Shown in pieces: positions 16,897 to 26,360 of a stretch of DNA of 64,000 nt (positions are counted from its first letter, which is position 1; the number at the start of each line of letters is the position of its first letter). The stretch covers positions 1 to 64,000 of IMG/VR virus record IMGVR_UViG_3300028573_000011; one strand, written 5' to 3'. Under the pieces are notes generated by a model. The model was not told the origin of the DNA. It worked only from the letters and a program-made list of their open reading frames with translations, and searched no databases. The position numbers were made by a program, and so were the translations under genes. This stretch comes from a virus.

Positions 16897-17118
16897 ATGA
16901 CCACCACCGCCCGCCAGACCACCGCCCGCCTCGCCGGCGCCACTGTTCTCCTGGCCGCCCTGGTCATCGCTGCCCTCATCGAGCAGTACGACGAGTGCGA
17001 CCTCTGCCCCCGCCGCGTCACCGAGCGCTTCACCCGCATCGACAACCGCGACGGCGCCGAGGTCGACGTCTGCGAGCACTGCGCCGACCACGGCGACGTC
17101 TCCCACATCGCCGGCTGA
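16897..17118 (+). CDS. Small TM plus CxxC...CxxC protein
   Basis: RBS GAGGAG; CDLC, CEHC. Confidence 0.7.
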   Translation: MTTTARQTTARLAGATVLLAALVIAALIEQYDECDLCPRRVTERFTRIDNRDGAEVDVCEHCADHGDVSHIAG

Positions 17119-17151
17119 CCACCCACCGCCACGACTCCGAAGGGCTCCACG

Positions 17152-18018
17152 ATGACCACCACCCGGCGCGCGTTCCAGGTCGTCGGCACCACCGACGACG
17201 TCACCACCTGCGGCTTGTGTGGTCGCGACGAGCTGCGCGGCACGATCGTGCTGGCCGTCCTCGACGCCGACGGCAACGACACCGGCGAGCGCAACTACTA
17301 CGGCTCGACCTGCGGCGCCAAGGCCGCCGGCTGGACCGTCGCCGAGATCAACCACCGCGTCCAGGCCGCCCACAAGGCCAAGCTCGACGCGGCCGAGCAG
17401 GACGCCGCCGCCTACTCCGCCCGCCGCTTCGAGGCCCTGGTCACCTGGGCCGGCCAGACCCTCGGCATCACCGACCGCAAGGCGCTGCGCGACTTCGCCA
17501 TCTTCAAGCAGTTCTGCGAGTCCGACGCCTACACCGTTTTCCAGGCCGCCGAGAACCGCACCCCGGCCACGCCGGCATCGGGCCCGGTCGTCGACGAGCA
17601 GCCCCGCGCGATGCGCCAGCCGACCGACCGCCCCCGCAAGGGCGCCAACCGCCCGGCCCGCACCGGCCGCGCTGCCCGGGCCCGCGTCGGCCACCACATG
17701 TCGATCGGCCGCCGCCACGCCGTCCTCGACGCGCTCGTGGCCCGCGTCAACGCCGGGAAGCTGACCGCCGCTCAGTACCTCGCCGACGTCCTCGGCGCCG
17801 ACGGCGCGTTCATCGGCTCCTACGCCGGCCCGTTCGGCAAGGCGATCGCGACGGCCTGGCGCGCCGTGCGCGGCACCGACCCGCAGCGCACGGGCCTGGC
17901 ACTTGTCGGCCGGCGCCTGGTGTCCGTCTTCGCCTACAGCGCCGACGAGCTCCCCATCCTGCAGGCCGCCGCCGAGGCCTACCCGCGCACCGCCGCGCTC
18001 CTGACCGCACGCCCGTGA
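17152..18018 (+). CDS. Hypothetical protein with N-terminal zinc finger
   Basis: CGLCGR...YYGSTC; strong GC3 bias. Confidence 0.8.
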   Translation: MTTTRRAFQVVGTTDDVTTCGLCGRDELRGTIVLAVLDADGNDTGERNYYGSTCGAKAAGWTVAEINHRVQAAHKAKLDAAEQDAAAYSARRFEALVTWAGQTLGITDRKALRDFAIFKQFCESDAYTVFQAAENRTPATPASGPVVDEQPRAMRQPTDRPRKGANRPARTGRAARARVGHHMSIGRRHAVLDALVARVNAGKLTAAQYLADVLGADGAFIGSYAGPFGKAIATAWRAVRGTDPQRTGLALVGRRLVSVFAYSADELPILQAAAEAYPRTAALLTARP

Positions 18019-18047
18019 CCGCCAACCCGACCAGCAAGGAGAACACC

Positions 18048-18488
18048 ATGCCCGAGGAGACCACCGACATCGAGCCCGGGGACCGCGTGACCCTGTTCAT
18101 CAGCGAGTACCCCGACATGGTGTCCGGGACGGTCCTGCGCGTCTACCTCGACGCGATCGGCAGCCTGGTCGCCGACGTCGAGCTGTGCTCCGGGGACGTC
18201 TGGCCGCAGTGCGTGCGGTTCCTGATGAAGGACACGGCGCACCCCCCATACAAGGAGCGGCTGCTCCAGCGCTGGCGCGACGCGGACGAGGCCCTGCGGG
18301 CGCACCCGGGCGACCACCCGGTGTGCGCGTTCCCCGGCCAGCGCTGGGGCTGCCCGGACTGGCAGCGCCTCAGCACGGTCATGGACGACATCGAGTCCCG
18401 GATGCTCGACGCCGGCATGCCGTCGCCGAGCTCCGAGGTCTACGCCGGCGCCGGGGGCGCCGAGTTGTATCTCGCCGACCTGGCCTGA
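18048..18488 (+). CDS. Hypothetical protein
   Basis: RBS AAGGAG; GC3 bias. Confidence 0.75.
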   Translation: MPEETTDIEPGDRVTLFISEYPDMVSGTVLRVYLDAIGSLVADVELCSGDVWPQCVRFLMKDTAHPPYKERLLQRWRDADEALRAHPGDHPVCAFPGQRWGCPDWQRLSTVMDDIESRMLDAGMPSPSSEVYAGAGGAELYLADLA

Positions 18489-18540
18489 CCGCGCACGGCG
18501 CTCCCCGGAATCGGGGCCGGGAAGCGCCGCGCACGACCAG
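18489..18540 (+). repeat. 52-bp structured intergenic repeat, copy 1
   Basis: CCGCGCACGGCGCTCCCCGGAATCGGGGCCGGGAAGCGCCGCGCACGACCAG. Confidence 0.85.
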
Positions 18541-18564
18541 CCCGCCGGACCGAGGAGAGAGACC

Positions 18565-18858
18565 ATGACCATCACGACCACCGCCCGAGACAAGCTGTTC
18601 GCCTTCTACGCCGCCCACCCGGACGTCGAGAACGCCGACGGCGACCAGTTCCTGGCGCTGCCCGACACCCTCACCGCCGAGCTGGACTCCCTGCTGTTCG
18701 AGGCCGCGATGGAGAAGGCCATCAACGAGCACGTGGCCCAGTGCGTGCCGTGCCGGGAGCTCGGCCTCTGCGTCACCTTCCTGGCCGAGGGCACCATCCG
18801 CTGCCACTACGACAGCGAGGACGGATGGGACGGGCGCCGGTACGACAACCAGGCCTGA
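18565..18858 (+). CDS. Hypothetical protein (HxxxCxxC)
   Basis: RBS GAGGAG; flanked by the 52-bp repeats. Confidence 0.75.
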   Translation: MTITTTARDKLFAFYAAHPDVENADGDQFLALPDTLTAELDSLLFEAAMEKAINEHVAQCVPCRELGLCVTFLAEGTIRCHYDSEDGWDGRRYDNQA

Positions 18859-18867
18859 CGGTACTGG

Positions 18868-18919
18868 CCGCGCACGGCGCTCCCCGGGTTCGGGGCCGGG
18901 AAGCGCCGCGTACGACCAG
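18868..18919 (+). repeat. 52-bp structured intergenic repeat, copy 2
   Basis: 49/52 identical to copy 1. Confidence 0.85.
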
Positions 18920-18956
18920 TCCCTGCGCTTTCCACCCACGACGAGGAGCCCACACT

Positions 18957-19466
18957 GTGACCACCACGCCCACCATCCAGGCGCCGACCTTCCGGCTGAC
19001 CGCCGACACCCGCCAGGTTCCCGCCGTCGGCGCCTACGCGGCCGGCTACGCCGTCACCCACGGTCGCGACGCGCTCGGACGCTTCGCGAGCAACATCAAC
19101 CAGGTGCGGGTCCGGGTCACCCGGCGCGGCCACTGGTACCGCACCGACGACGTCAACGACGGCCTGAACAACGACACCGTCTGCCGGGGCTGCGGCCACC
19201 ACGGCCACTTCCCCTACATTCTCGACTACGAGGCCTGCTCCAGCCCTGCCACCGCCGCCGGCGTCGCCGCCGCCCTGTCCGGCCCGGCGCGCGCCTTCCA
19301 GGCCGGCGACGAGGTGCACGGCTACCTGGTCGCCCTCCGCGGCCACTTCACGGCGACCGTGAAGCGCTTGTACATGAAGGACAACGCCGAGGTCGCCGAC
19401 GTCGAGACGCGCGACGGCACCGCCGCCACGTGCCTGACGCCGAAGGACCTGCGCCGAGCGCACTGA
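18957..19466 (+). CDS. Hypothetical protein
   Basis: RBS GAGGAG; CRGC motif, SH3-like C-terminus. Confidence 0.7.
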   Translation: MTTTPTIQAPTFRLTADTRQVPAVGAYAAGYAVTHGRDALGRFASNINQVRVRVTRRGHWYRTDDVNDGLNNDTVCRGCGHHGHFPYILDYEACSSPATAAGVAAALSGPARAFQAGDEVHGYLVALRGHFTATVKRLYMKDNAEVADVETRDGTAATCLTPKDLRRAH

Positions 19467-20009
19467 ATCGCCCCGCCGGCTGTACTGTCACAGGGCGGGG
19501 CCGGGCACTGCCGGAGAACGCTGGGCGTCGAAGACGCTGAGTCGGAGGCTGACCGGGTGGCCACGGCGCGCTGTGCCGGGGCCAGGACGCGCCGATGCCG
19601 GGCGACGGAGACGAACTCGCGCCGGACCGGCCCCGCCTGAACCCCAACGTGCGTCCTCATCGCACGGCGCCCAGGTGTCCGATGGCCCTCGAAGACCTCT
19701 GGCGATCCGGATCCTGCTGACAACCTCCGGCCCGTCATGCTTCGTGCCGTCGCGGCCCGAATCTCAGCCGTACGTGTATCCGGCGGACCCTCTTCACCTG
19801 ATGGTGTGACCTGCGGGAATCCGATTCTCGAGTGCCGTTTTTAACCAGTATCGTGTCCTTGGGTGTTTCCTCGGCCGTCCGGCACATCAGGCCGGACGGC
19901 CTCCCCTTTCCCGGTCGCAGCGCTGCCGGATCCTTGCCCTGGACTGCCCGCGTCTCGGACAGAGACGATGAATTCGCACCTCCGCCCCCACGCGAACGGA
20001 GCGCTCACC

Positions 20010-20525
20010 ATGGACACCACCAGCGCGGACGAAGCCGCCGAGCAGATCCTCCAGGACGCCGGCACCACCTACCACGAGGCGCATGGCTTCTACCTGCGTG
20101 CGGTCGCCGCCGAGCTCGACCGCCGCGGCGTCCCCGTCCTCGAAGTCGGCGCCCACCCGGATGATCCCCGCAGCGGCTTCATCGCCGTCGACGTCCTGGC
20201 CAAGCCCGACGACGACAGCTTGTTCGTCGCCTGGCACGAGGAGGACGGCTGGACCTACTGCCCGTGTGCCGACGAGGAAGGCAGGCCGTACGACGACATC
20301 GCGCTCAGCGTGGAGCTGCTCGCCTACCCGGTCGACGTGGTCTCCGCGTTCCTCGCGGCCCTCGGCCGCGACGTCCTTCCAGTGCCGGCTCAGTGGGAGC
20401 CGCCAGCTGGGTACATCTCCGAGATCACCAGGAGCGAGTTCACTGAAACCAGCCCCGATCTCGAGCGCTCCCTGGTCGCGTACATCGGCTACCCAGGTGC
20501 CGACTGCGAACGGTACGCAGGCTGA
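20010..20525 (+). CDS. Hypothetical protein (DUF6292-like)
   Basis: YLRAVAAEL...WHEEDGW...ELLAYPVDVV. Confidence 0.7.
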   Translation: MDTTSADEAAEQILQDAGTTYHEAHGFYLRAVAAELDRRGVPVLEVGAHPDDPRSGFIAVDVLAKPDDDSLFVAWHEEDGWTYCPCADEEGRPYDDIALSVELLAYPVDVVSAFLAALGRDVLPVPAQWEPPAGYISEITRSEFTETSPDLERSLVAYIGYPGADCERYAG

Positions 20526-20543
20526 GATGGCAGGACATCCGGG

Positions 20544-20756
20544 ATGACCAGCACCCTGGATCTCGCGCGGAGTCTCGCCGCCCGATACGGCGTCGATGTC
20601 CTCGAGATGATCAGGCCCGTGGTGAGCTACACCGCAGAGATCGTCGACGACCCGGCCCTGTGGGACGAGGACGCGCAGGAGCTCTTTGACGCAGGCGTCG
20701 AGGTCGTGTCCGGCGAGATTGCCGTATGGCAGGGCGAGGGTCCCGAACTGTACTGA
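20544..20756 (+). CDS. Small acidic hypothetical protein
   Basis: ORF followed by hairpin 20770-20796. Confidence 0.6.
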   Translation: MTSTLDLARSLAARYGVDVLEMIRPVVSYTAEIVDDPALWDEDAQELFDAGVEVVSGEIAVWQGEGPELY

Positions 20757-20769
20757 TCAGCCGCGCAGC

Positions 20770-20796
20770 ACCGCCCGGTCCGCCAGGCCGGGCGGT
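20770..20796. terminator. Terminator between convergent units
   Basis: ACCGCCCGG/CCGGGCGGT inverted repeat. Confidence 0.55.
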
Positions 20797-20932
20797 CGGT
20801 GCGTTCCGCTGACAGTGCCAGCACGAACTACTACCGGAGGAGCACCTCCGATGCCTGTGAACGCCAGCACCCGCACGCAGAACAGCGCCCGGCCGTTGGC
20901 CGGGCGCTGCGCGTGTCTGGCAGAGGCAGGGC

Positions 20933-21400
20933 TCAGCTGCCGACGTCGTACCCAGCGGCCACGATCAGCGCCCGCGCGTCCCGGACGATCCGGGCGTGGT
21001 CGAACGCAACCTTCGCCGCGGGGTCCAGAACCTCGTTGACGAAGACCCACTCGACGTCGGCGGCATCGTCGCCGGCCGTGACCGCGGGTCGCTTGGGGAG
21101 CACGACCGTGTACGCGAAGGTGACGTAACGGCCACGCGGGTCCCGTCCCGGTTCGGCGTAGACGCCGACGGGCTTAAGGGTCCTGCCGCCCAGGTCCAGA
21201 TTGGTCTCCTCGGTGAGCTCGCGGCGCGCGGCCAGCTCGATGTCCTCGCCCGGGTCGACGTGTCCGCCCGGGAGCGCCAGGGCCCCGGCGAACGGCTCGT
21301 ACGCGCGGCGGATCATCAGGACGTACAACTCGCCATCGTTGATGCCAAAGACAACAACGTCCACTGTCAGCCTGGCGGTCTCTCGCCCGGTATCGGTCAT
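20933..21400 (-). CDS. NUDIX hydrolase (ADP-ribose pyrophosphatase/NrtR-like)
   Basis: LPGGHVDPGEDIELAARRELTEETNL, RDPRGR, AGDDA, AFDH. Confidence 0.93.
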   Translation of the reverse strand: MTDTGRETARLTVDVVVFGINDGELYVLMIRRAYEPFAGALALPGGHVDPGEDIELAARRELTEETNLDLGGRTLKPVGVYAEPGRDPRGRYVTFAYTVVLPKRPAVTAGDDAADVEWVFVNEVLDPAAKVAFDHARIVRDARALIVAAGYDVGS

Positions 21401-21428
21401 GATCAGGTTCCTTTCGAAGGGAAGGTAT

Positions 21429-22820
21429 CTAGCTGGGCTGCTCGGCAGCTGTCGCGAGCGGCTGGGGTCCGGCCGATGCGCCGGCCCAGACCGGTGCCTC
21501 AAGGCTGACCTCGACGGCAGCGCGCGTGGACCAGCCGGTTCGGGCGAAGGTGCACAGCCCGACCCACTGCAGGACCCAGCCCAGGTACAGCTGCAGGACC
21601 GAGGCGACCGGGGCCAGCGCGAACGTGAGCCACTGCGATCCGCGGGGCAGGTCGGTCCGGACCAGGGACAGGTAGCGCACAGCACCGACGTAGGACAGCA
21701 GGACGTACACCGCGGCGAAGCCGGCGGCCGTGTGCCAGTCCTGGCAGCTGCGCCACAGCACCGCCGGCAGGATCAGCGCCATCCACGCGAACGTGATGAA
21801 GTCCCAGGTGACCATCCACCAGGCGATCCGGCGGGCCTGGAAGTTCCGCAGGAACCAGGCGTTGCCCCACCAGAATGACCGCCACCAGCGCGTCCGCTGC
21901 TTGGACAGGTGCCGCAGCGTCACCGGGTGCAGGGTGTAGCCCAGCGCGCGCCGCTGGAACACGGTGCGCCCGGCCTTGAGCGCGAACTTGGTGAGCATCG
22001 CGTCGTCACCGCTGGCGACCTGGCGGCCCGCGACCGTCTGGCCGAGGTAGAACTCGAGGTTGTCCCGGACGACGCGGCCGCGGTAGAACGCCAAGCCGCC
22101 GGCGTTCACCGTGACCGAGCCGAGCCGGGAGTACTGGGCCCGCCCGGACAGGAACGAGCAGACGAACCCGAGGTCGACCAGCCGCGTGAGCAGGTTCGCG
22201 GTGGTGTTCGCACCGACCAGGAACCCGGCCACGGACATGGTCCGGCGCCTGGTGAACGGCATCAGCCCGTACTCGATCGCCCCGGGGTCCAGGATGACGT
22301 CGGAGTCGACGGTCACGTAGATGTCGGCGGCCGGGTCCATCTCGAACGCCCGCGCCTGGGCGTGCCGCTTGCCGCCGTTGTCCTGGCGCACGAAGTCGGC
22401 CTCCAGGCCGTCCGGGCACCGGGCACCGTGCCAGGTCTCGAACACCAGCTGGCAGTCGCGGGTGTCGGATCCGTCGTCGACGACGATGAGCCGGGCCGGG
22501 AGCCGGGTCTGCGCGCCCAGGGAGTCGAGCATCCGGGCGAACATCGCCGGGTCCTCGTTGAACAGCGGCACCACCACCGTGACGTGCAGCGCGGCGAGCT
22601 TCGCCGCCGTCGCGCCGGTGGCCGGCACGATCGTGTCGCGGTGGGCTTGGGCCAGGACGGCCATGAGGACGAGCCAGCAGAACGCCGCGGTGGCGACCGC
22701 CGCGGCGTTGCTGGGGTGGCCGGACATCAGGGCGTCGGCGTGCCGTAGCCCGAGCCAGCCGAGGACGGCGGCCAGGGCGAGCAGGACCAGCGGGTAGCTG
22801 CGGCGCGGGCGCACGGTCAC
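21429..22820 (-). CDS. Processive GT2 glycosyltransferase, hyaluronan/chitin synthase-like
   Basis: VVDDGS, GKRHAQ, TVDSD, SGDD, QRTRW; TM helices at both ends. Confidence 0.9.
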   Translation of the reverse strand: MTVRPRRSYPLVLLALAAVLGWLGLRHADALMSGHPSNAAAVATAAFCWLVLMAVLAQAHRDTIVPATGATAAKLAALHVTVVVPLFNEDPAMFARMLDSLGAQTRLPARLIVVDDGSDTRDCQLVFETWHGARCPDGLEADFVRQDNGGKRHAQARAFEMDPAADIYVTVDSDVILDPGAIEYGLMPFTRRRTMSVAGFLVGANTTANLLTRLVDLGFVCSFLSGRAQYSRLGSVTVNAGGLAFYRGRVVRDNLEFYLGQTVAGRQVASGDDAMLTKFALKAGRTVFQRRALGYTLHPVTLRHLSKQRTRWWRSFWWGNAWFLRNFQARRIAWWMVTWDFITFAWMALILPAVLWRSCQDWHTAAGFAAVYVLLSYVGAVRYLSLVRTDLPRGSQWLTFALAPVASVLQLYLGWVLQWVGLCTFARTGWSTRAAVEVSLEAPVWAGASAGPQPLATAAEQPS

Positions 22821-22972
22821 CGCTGCTTGAGCTTGGCGTGGGCGCGCATGCTCAGCGCGCCGATCAGCACGAAGGCGGCGGCCGCGATGGCGAGCCAGGG
22901 CACGGTGACGCCGGCGACGGCGACTCCGGCCAGCGCGGCACCGGTGTGGGCCAGGGTGGGGCGTCCATACAT
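22817..22972 (-). CDS. 51-aa micropeptide that is almost only a LAxTG sortase signal
   Basis: MYGRPTLAHTG + hydrophobic helix + basic tail; RBS GAAAGGA; overlaps GT2 start. Confidence 0.7.
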   Translation of the reverse strand: MYGRPTLAHTGAALAGVAVAGVTVPWLAIAAAAFVLIGALSMRAHAKLKQR

Positions 22973-23093
22973 GAGCAGGGGGTCCTTTCGGATTGAGAGG
23001 TGGATGGCGGCGACGTGCGCGACGCTGGGGAATGGCCCCCGATCAGCCGGGGGCCCTCGCGCACGTTCTTCCTGGCTGCCCGGCCGCCCGGTG

Positions 23094-23618
23094 CTACTCC
23101 GCCCGGACGTCCGGGTCGGAGAACTGTGCGTACAGGGCGTCGGCACGCTGCAACGTGCCGGGGAACACCGCGCACACCAGCAGCGCGGCGTCCGGGCCCT
23201 GGTCGCGGACGCGGTCCTGCGCGACGTCCTCGGCGGCCAGCGGCGACAGCGCCCAGACGTGCTCGCAGTACCGCTGGCCGCCGGTGCGCTGGGTCCACTC
23301 CGGGTCGGCCCGGTCGATGACCAGGCCCAGGACGGTCCAGTCGGTGACCTCGAGCTCGTTCATGTCCGGCGTGAGGTTCTTGGCGTCCGCGTTGCGGACG
23401 TCGCGCGGGTCGACGTACAGCGTGTAGCCGTCGGCGGTCGGGACCTTGCCCTCCAGGACGCCGGCGACGTGGAAGCGCGCGCCGGCCTCGGCCGCGCTCA
23501 TTCGAGCCAGGTCCTCGGCGGCGCGCGCCGACGTCGCCGTGTACCGGTCGCCGAAGCGCTCCTGGTTGTGCGGGAAGTACCCGAAGACGCTGAACTCCCG
23601 CTCGTCCAGTCCCGTCAT
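23094..23618 (-). CDS. Hypothetical protein with internal duplication
   Basis: ATSARAAEDLA...VAGVLEG and ALSPLAAEDVA...VCAVFPG. Confidence 0.75.
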   Translation of the reverse strand: MTGLDEREFSVFGYFPHNQERFGDRYTATSARAAEDLARMSAAEAGARFHVAGVLEGKVPTADGYTLYVDPRDVRNADAKNLTPDMNELEVTDWTVLGLVIDRADPEWTQRTGGQRYCEHVWALSPLAAEDVAQDRVRDQGPDAALLVCAVFPGTLQRADALYAQFSDPDVRAE

Positions 23619-24244
23619 CGTCGGCCCCCGCGCAGGGACCCGCCGGAGATGCCGCCGCTGCTGGTCCGGGAGCCGCTGGTGCCGCCGATGGTCGTCTTGG
23701 AACCGCCGGTGGTGCCCGTCCCGGACTTGGAGCCGCCGGTCACGCTGCCCGAGGTGCCGCCGCGCAGGGATCCGCCGCCCATTGTCCCGACCGAGCCGCT
23801 GCCCGAGCCGAACTTCAGCTTGGCCGTCGACGGACCGGTCACCGTCTTGCCGGTGCTGGTCTTGTAGACCGCGGTCTTGGCCGCTGCGGTGATCTGCTTG
23901 GAGTACGTCGTGTGGAACACGGTCTCGGTGTGCACGTAAACGGTCCGGTGCGCCGGAAGCACGTAGACGTTGTAGTAGGCCGGGCTGTCGTAGTACGCGA
24001 AGTACTCCTCCTGCCACGACAGCGGCGCCCGGGTCGGGATCCAGCCGGCGGGGCAGCGGCCGTCGGCCAGCATCTGCTGGGCCTCGTACGGGTCGTCGAG
24101 GTAGTAGCAGCGGCCGACGCCGTTGATGACCTGGCCGGCGGCGACCGGGACGAGAGTGGGCTGCGACCCGCTGGAGCAGCCACCGAGGGTGACACCGAGG
24201 AGGATGGCCAGCGCCAGCAGCAGCGCGCGCAGGGTCTTCTTCAT
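23615..24244 (-). CDS. Lipoprotein with Gly/Ser-rich tail
   Basis: Lipobox LGGC, Tyr-rich middle, low-complexity C-terminus. Confidence 0.8.
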   Translation of the reverse strand: MKKTLRALLLALAILLGVTLGGCSSGSQPTLVPVAAGQVINGVGRCYYLDDPYEAQQMLADGRCPAGWIPTRAPLSWQEEYFAYYDSPAYYNVYVLPAHRTVYVHTETVFHTTYSKQITAAAKTAVYKTSTGKTVTGPSTAKLKFGSGSGSVGTMGGGSLRGGTSGSVTGGSKSGTGTTGGSKTTIGGTSGSRTSSGGISGGSLRGGRR

Positions 24245-24789
24245 GAGGCACGCGTTCCTTCGGTGCGCCACAGCGCACGGCCGTTGTTGCGTCCGGTGAA
24301 CCAGTCCGGGAGTTCGGCCCATGCTTGGCCGAACAGAGCCTCCAGGCCCTCAGGGCTCTCGGCGAGGATGTCGCGGCACAGGCCGGCGACGGCGCGTGCG
24401 TCGGCGAGGAGAACCCCGGGGTCAGCCGTCTCGTGGTCGTCCGGCCAGGAGTAGGTCGCGCCGGCCGTCTTCGCGAGCTCCTTGACGCGGGCCTCGAGCG
24501 CGTCGAGCCGGTCGTAGGAGAAGTGCGCCAACCGGGGGTCGTCTCGGTACTGCGCCGCGACGTCGGCGCGATAGATCACGCGCGCACGAGCTTCCATCGT
24601 CCGGGCCGCGTACTCGCGGGCGAGCGTCTCGTCCTGGTAGGGCTCAGGGCCGGCCGCGTCGCGCTGACAGGGCTCGCACACCACGGCGGTTTCGGGTGGT
24701 GCGCCAGGATCGCACTCGGGGGCGTGGTTGTCCACGCCGTGGTGTGCTGTGCACACATAGTGGCAGCGCCGGACGGCGGTATCGGTCAT
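24241..24789 (-). CDS. Hypothetical protein with LPDWxTG..GRALW domain
   Basis: Coupled ORF; C-terminus resembles that of 32175-32705. Confidence 0.7.
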   Translation of the reverse strand: MTDTAVRRCHYVCTAHHGVDNHAPECDPGAPPETAVVCEPCQRDAAGPEPYQDETLAREYAARTMEARARVIYRADVAAQYRDDPRLAHFSYDRLDALEARVKELAKTAGATYSWPDDHETADPGVLLADARAVAGLCRDILAESPEGLEALFGQAWAELPDWFTGRNNGRALWRTEGTRAS

Positions 24790-25208
24790 GCTCGGGTTCC
24801 CTTCTTGATCGATTCGGTGGACTTCCCGACGGCGGGTGCCGCGGGCTCCTCGGCGAGCGTCAGGCCCTTCAGTGCGAGCGCCGTTTCGATCTCGTTGAGG
24901 CGGTTCAGCCCGAGGCCTCGGATGTCGAGCAGGTCGTCGCGGGTTCGGGTGAGCAGCTGCGCGATGGTGCCGATCCCGCCGCGCCAAAGCGCGCCCTGGG
25001 CCGGGTCGGGCAGATTCAGGTCGCGCAGGTCGCTGACCATGAGGCTGGCCGTGGAGAACACGGCGCGCAGGTCTGCGACGGAGATGCGGATCCGGAATGC
25101 CGCGTCGCAGACGATCTCGACGCCGTCCCGGTCGCACCGGTCCAGCGCCAGACCGATCCGGTCGAGCGGAGTTACGGCAGAGACGTTGCTATCCGGCATG
25201 GCTGTCAC
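24786..25208 (-). CDS. RNA polymerase alpha-CTD domain protein
   Basis: LRDLNLP....ALWRGGIGTIAQLLTRTRDDLLDIRGLGLNRLNEI...L...GL. Confidence 0.85.
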   Translation of the reverse strand: MTAMPDSNVSAVTPLDRIGLALDRCDRDGVEIVCDAAFRIRISVADLRAVFSTASLMVSDLRDLNLPDPAQGALWRGGIGTIAQLLTRTRDDLLDIRGLGLNRLNEIETALALKGLTLAEEPAAPAVGKSTESIKKGTRA

Positions 25209-25626
25209 CTCCCGCAGGATCGGTTGTCGCCATGCACTCGAGGGTGGCGGCCAGCTCGTCGGCGAGCGCCCGTTGGAGCATGGCCTCGGCGCGCTGGAAC
25301 CTGATCTGTGCCGTCAGCAGGTTGCTGTAGGCCGCATGGCATACGGCTTTGAGCTCGGGGATGCTCGTGCCGGTCTGGGCCGGCTCAGCCTCAGCCGGTT
25401 CCGGCGGCGCGAGGAGGTCCAGCCCGGCGGCTTCCATCGTGTGGAGGATGTCTGCCAGGGACGTTGCGCCCAGGCCCTTCAGCGCGGCGAGTTCAGTGAC
25501 GCTGAGCTTCGTGAGCTGGCCGATGGTGGTGATGTCACTGTTAGTCAGTGCGTTGTAGGAGCGCGGGAGCAGGCCCAGTTCGACGATGTGGTCGCCCGGC
25601 CGAAGCGCGGTGTCGGTGTCAGCCAT
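25189..25626 (-). CDS. RNA polymerase alpha-CTD domain protein
   Basis: IVELGLLPRSYNALTNSDITTIGQLTKLSVTELAALKGLGATSLADI. Confidence 0.85.
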   Translation of the reverse strand: MADTDTALRPGDHIVELGLLPRSYNALTNSDITTIGQLTKLSVTELAALKGLGATSLADILHTMEAAGLDLLAPPEPAEAEPAQTGTSIPELKAVCHAAYSNLLTAQIRFQRAEAMLQRALADELAATLECMATTDPAGGDSHAG

Positions 25627-26023
25627 GGTCGTCGCTCACCGCCCCACTCAGCGCACAGACGTGGAGCTCGGCGAAGCGCGCGAGGTCGACGAGCGTCCAG
25701 GCGTGCCCGGTGGTGCGGTAGCCGCAGTTGCGGCATCCGATCTCGACGGCGCCCTGCTGGGCGCGCACGTCGAAGTCGCGGATAGTGCCGGCGCTGATGG
25801 CGCGGATCGGGCTGTCGGGCCACTCGACGGCGATGATCGCCTCGGTGAGGGTGTTGGCCAGGCGGTTGCGGACCAGGTTCGCGGCGCTGTAGCCGAGGCC
25901 GGAGAACCGCGGGTCGTCGCGGACGATCTGGCCGAGGGCGTCCCAGTCGACGGCCCGGACTGCGCGGGTGACGAGCTCGATGGCGACGGCTTGGACAAGG
26001 TCGTTGTCGGGCAGGTCGTTCAC
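25619..26023 (-). CDS. Hypothetical protein
   Basis: Overlap-coupled ORF, CRNC motif. Confidence 0.6.
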   Translation of the reverse strand: MNDLPDNDLVQAVAIELVTRAVRAVDWDALGQIVRDDPRFSGLGYSAANLVRNRLANTLTEAIIAVEWPDSPIRAISAGTIRDFDVRAQQGAVEIGCRNCGYRTTGHAWTLVDLARFAELHVCALSGAVSDDHG

Positions 26024-26358
26024 GGCCGACTGCCGTTCGTGATCGACGGTGCCTGCCGCCGCTGGATCGAGCCGTGGATGTGCTCGCCGATGACACCGAC
26101 GAGGGCCGCGACATACTCGCCGACCAGGTAGTCGGTGACGGTCTCCCGCCGCCGCAGTTCGGGCAGCAGGTGCGGGAGGTAGTGACCCAAGTGCAGCAGG
26201 ATCTTGGCGACGTGCTCCTCGGGGACGTCGGGCAGCTCCTGGCGGAGGACGGCGGCGAGGCGCGATGCGGGATCGGCCAGGGTGTCGGCCATGGCCCGGC
26301 GTCGGCGCAAGTTGTCGCGGACGGCGATGGCGAGGGCGTCGGTGGACCGCTCGGGCAT
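26020..26358 (-). CDS. Hypothetical protein
   Basis: RBS AGGAG, coupled ORF. Confidence 0.65.
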   Translation of the reverse strand: MPERSTDALAIAVRDNLRRRRAMADTLADPASRLAAVLRQELPDVPEEHVAKILLHLGHYLPHLLPELRRRETVTDYLVGEYVAALVGVIGEHIHGSIQRRQAPSITNGSRP

Positions 26359-26360
26359 GA

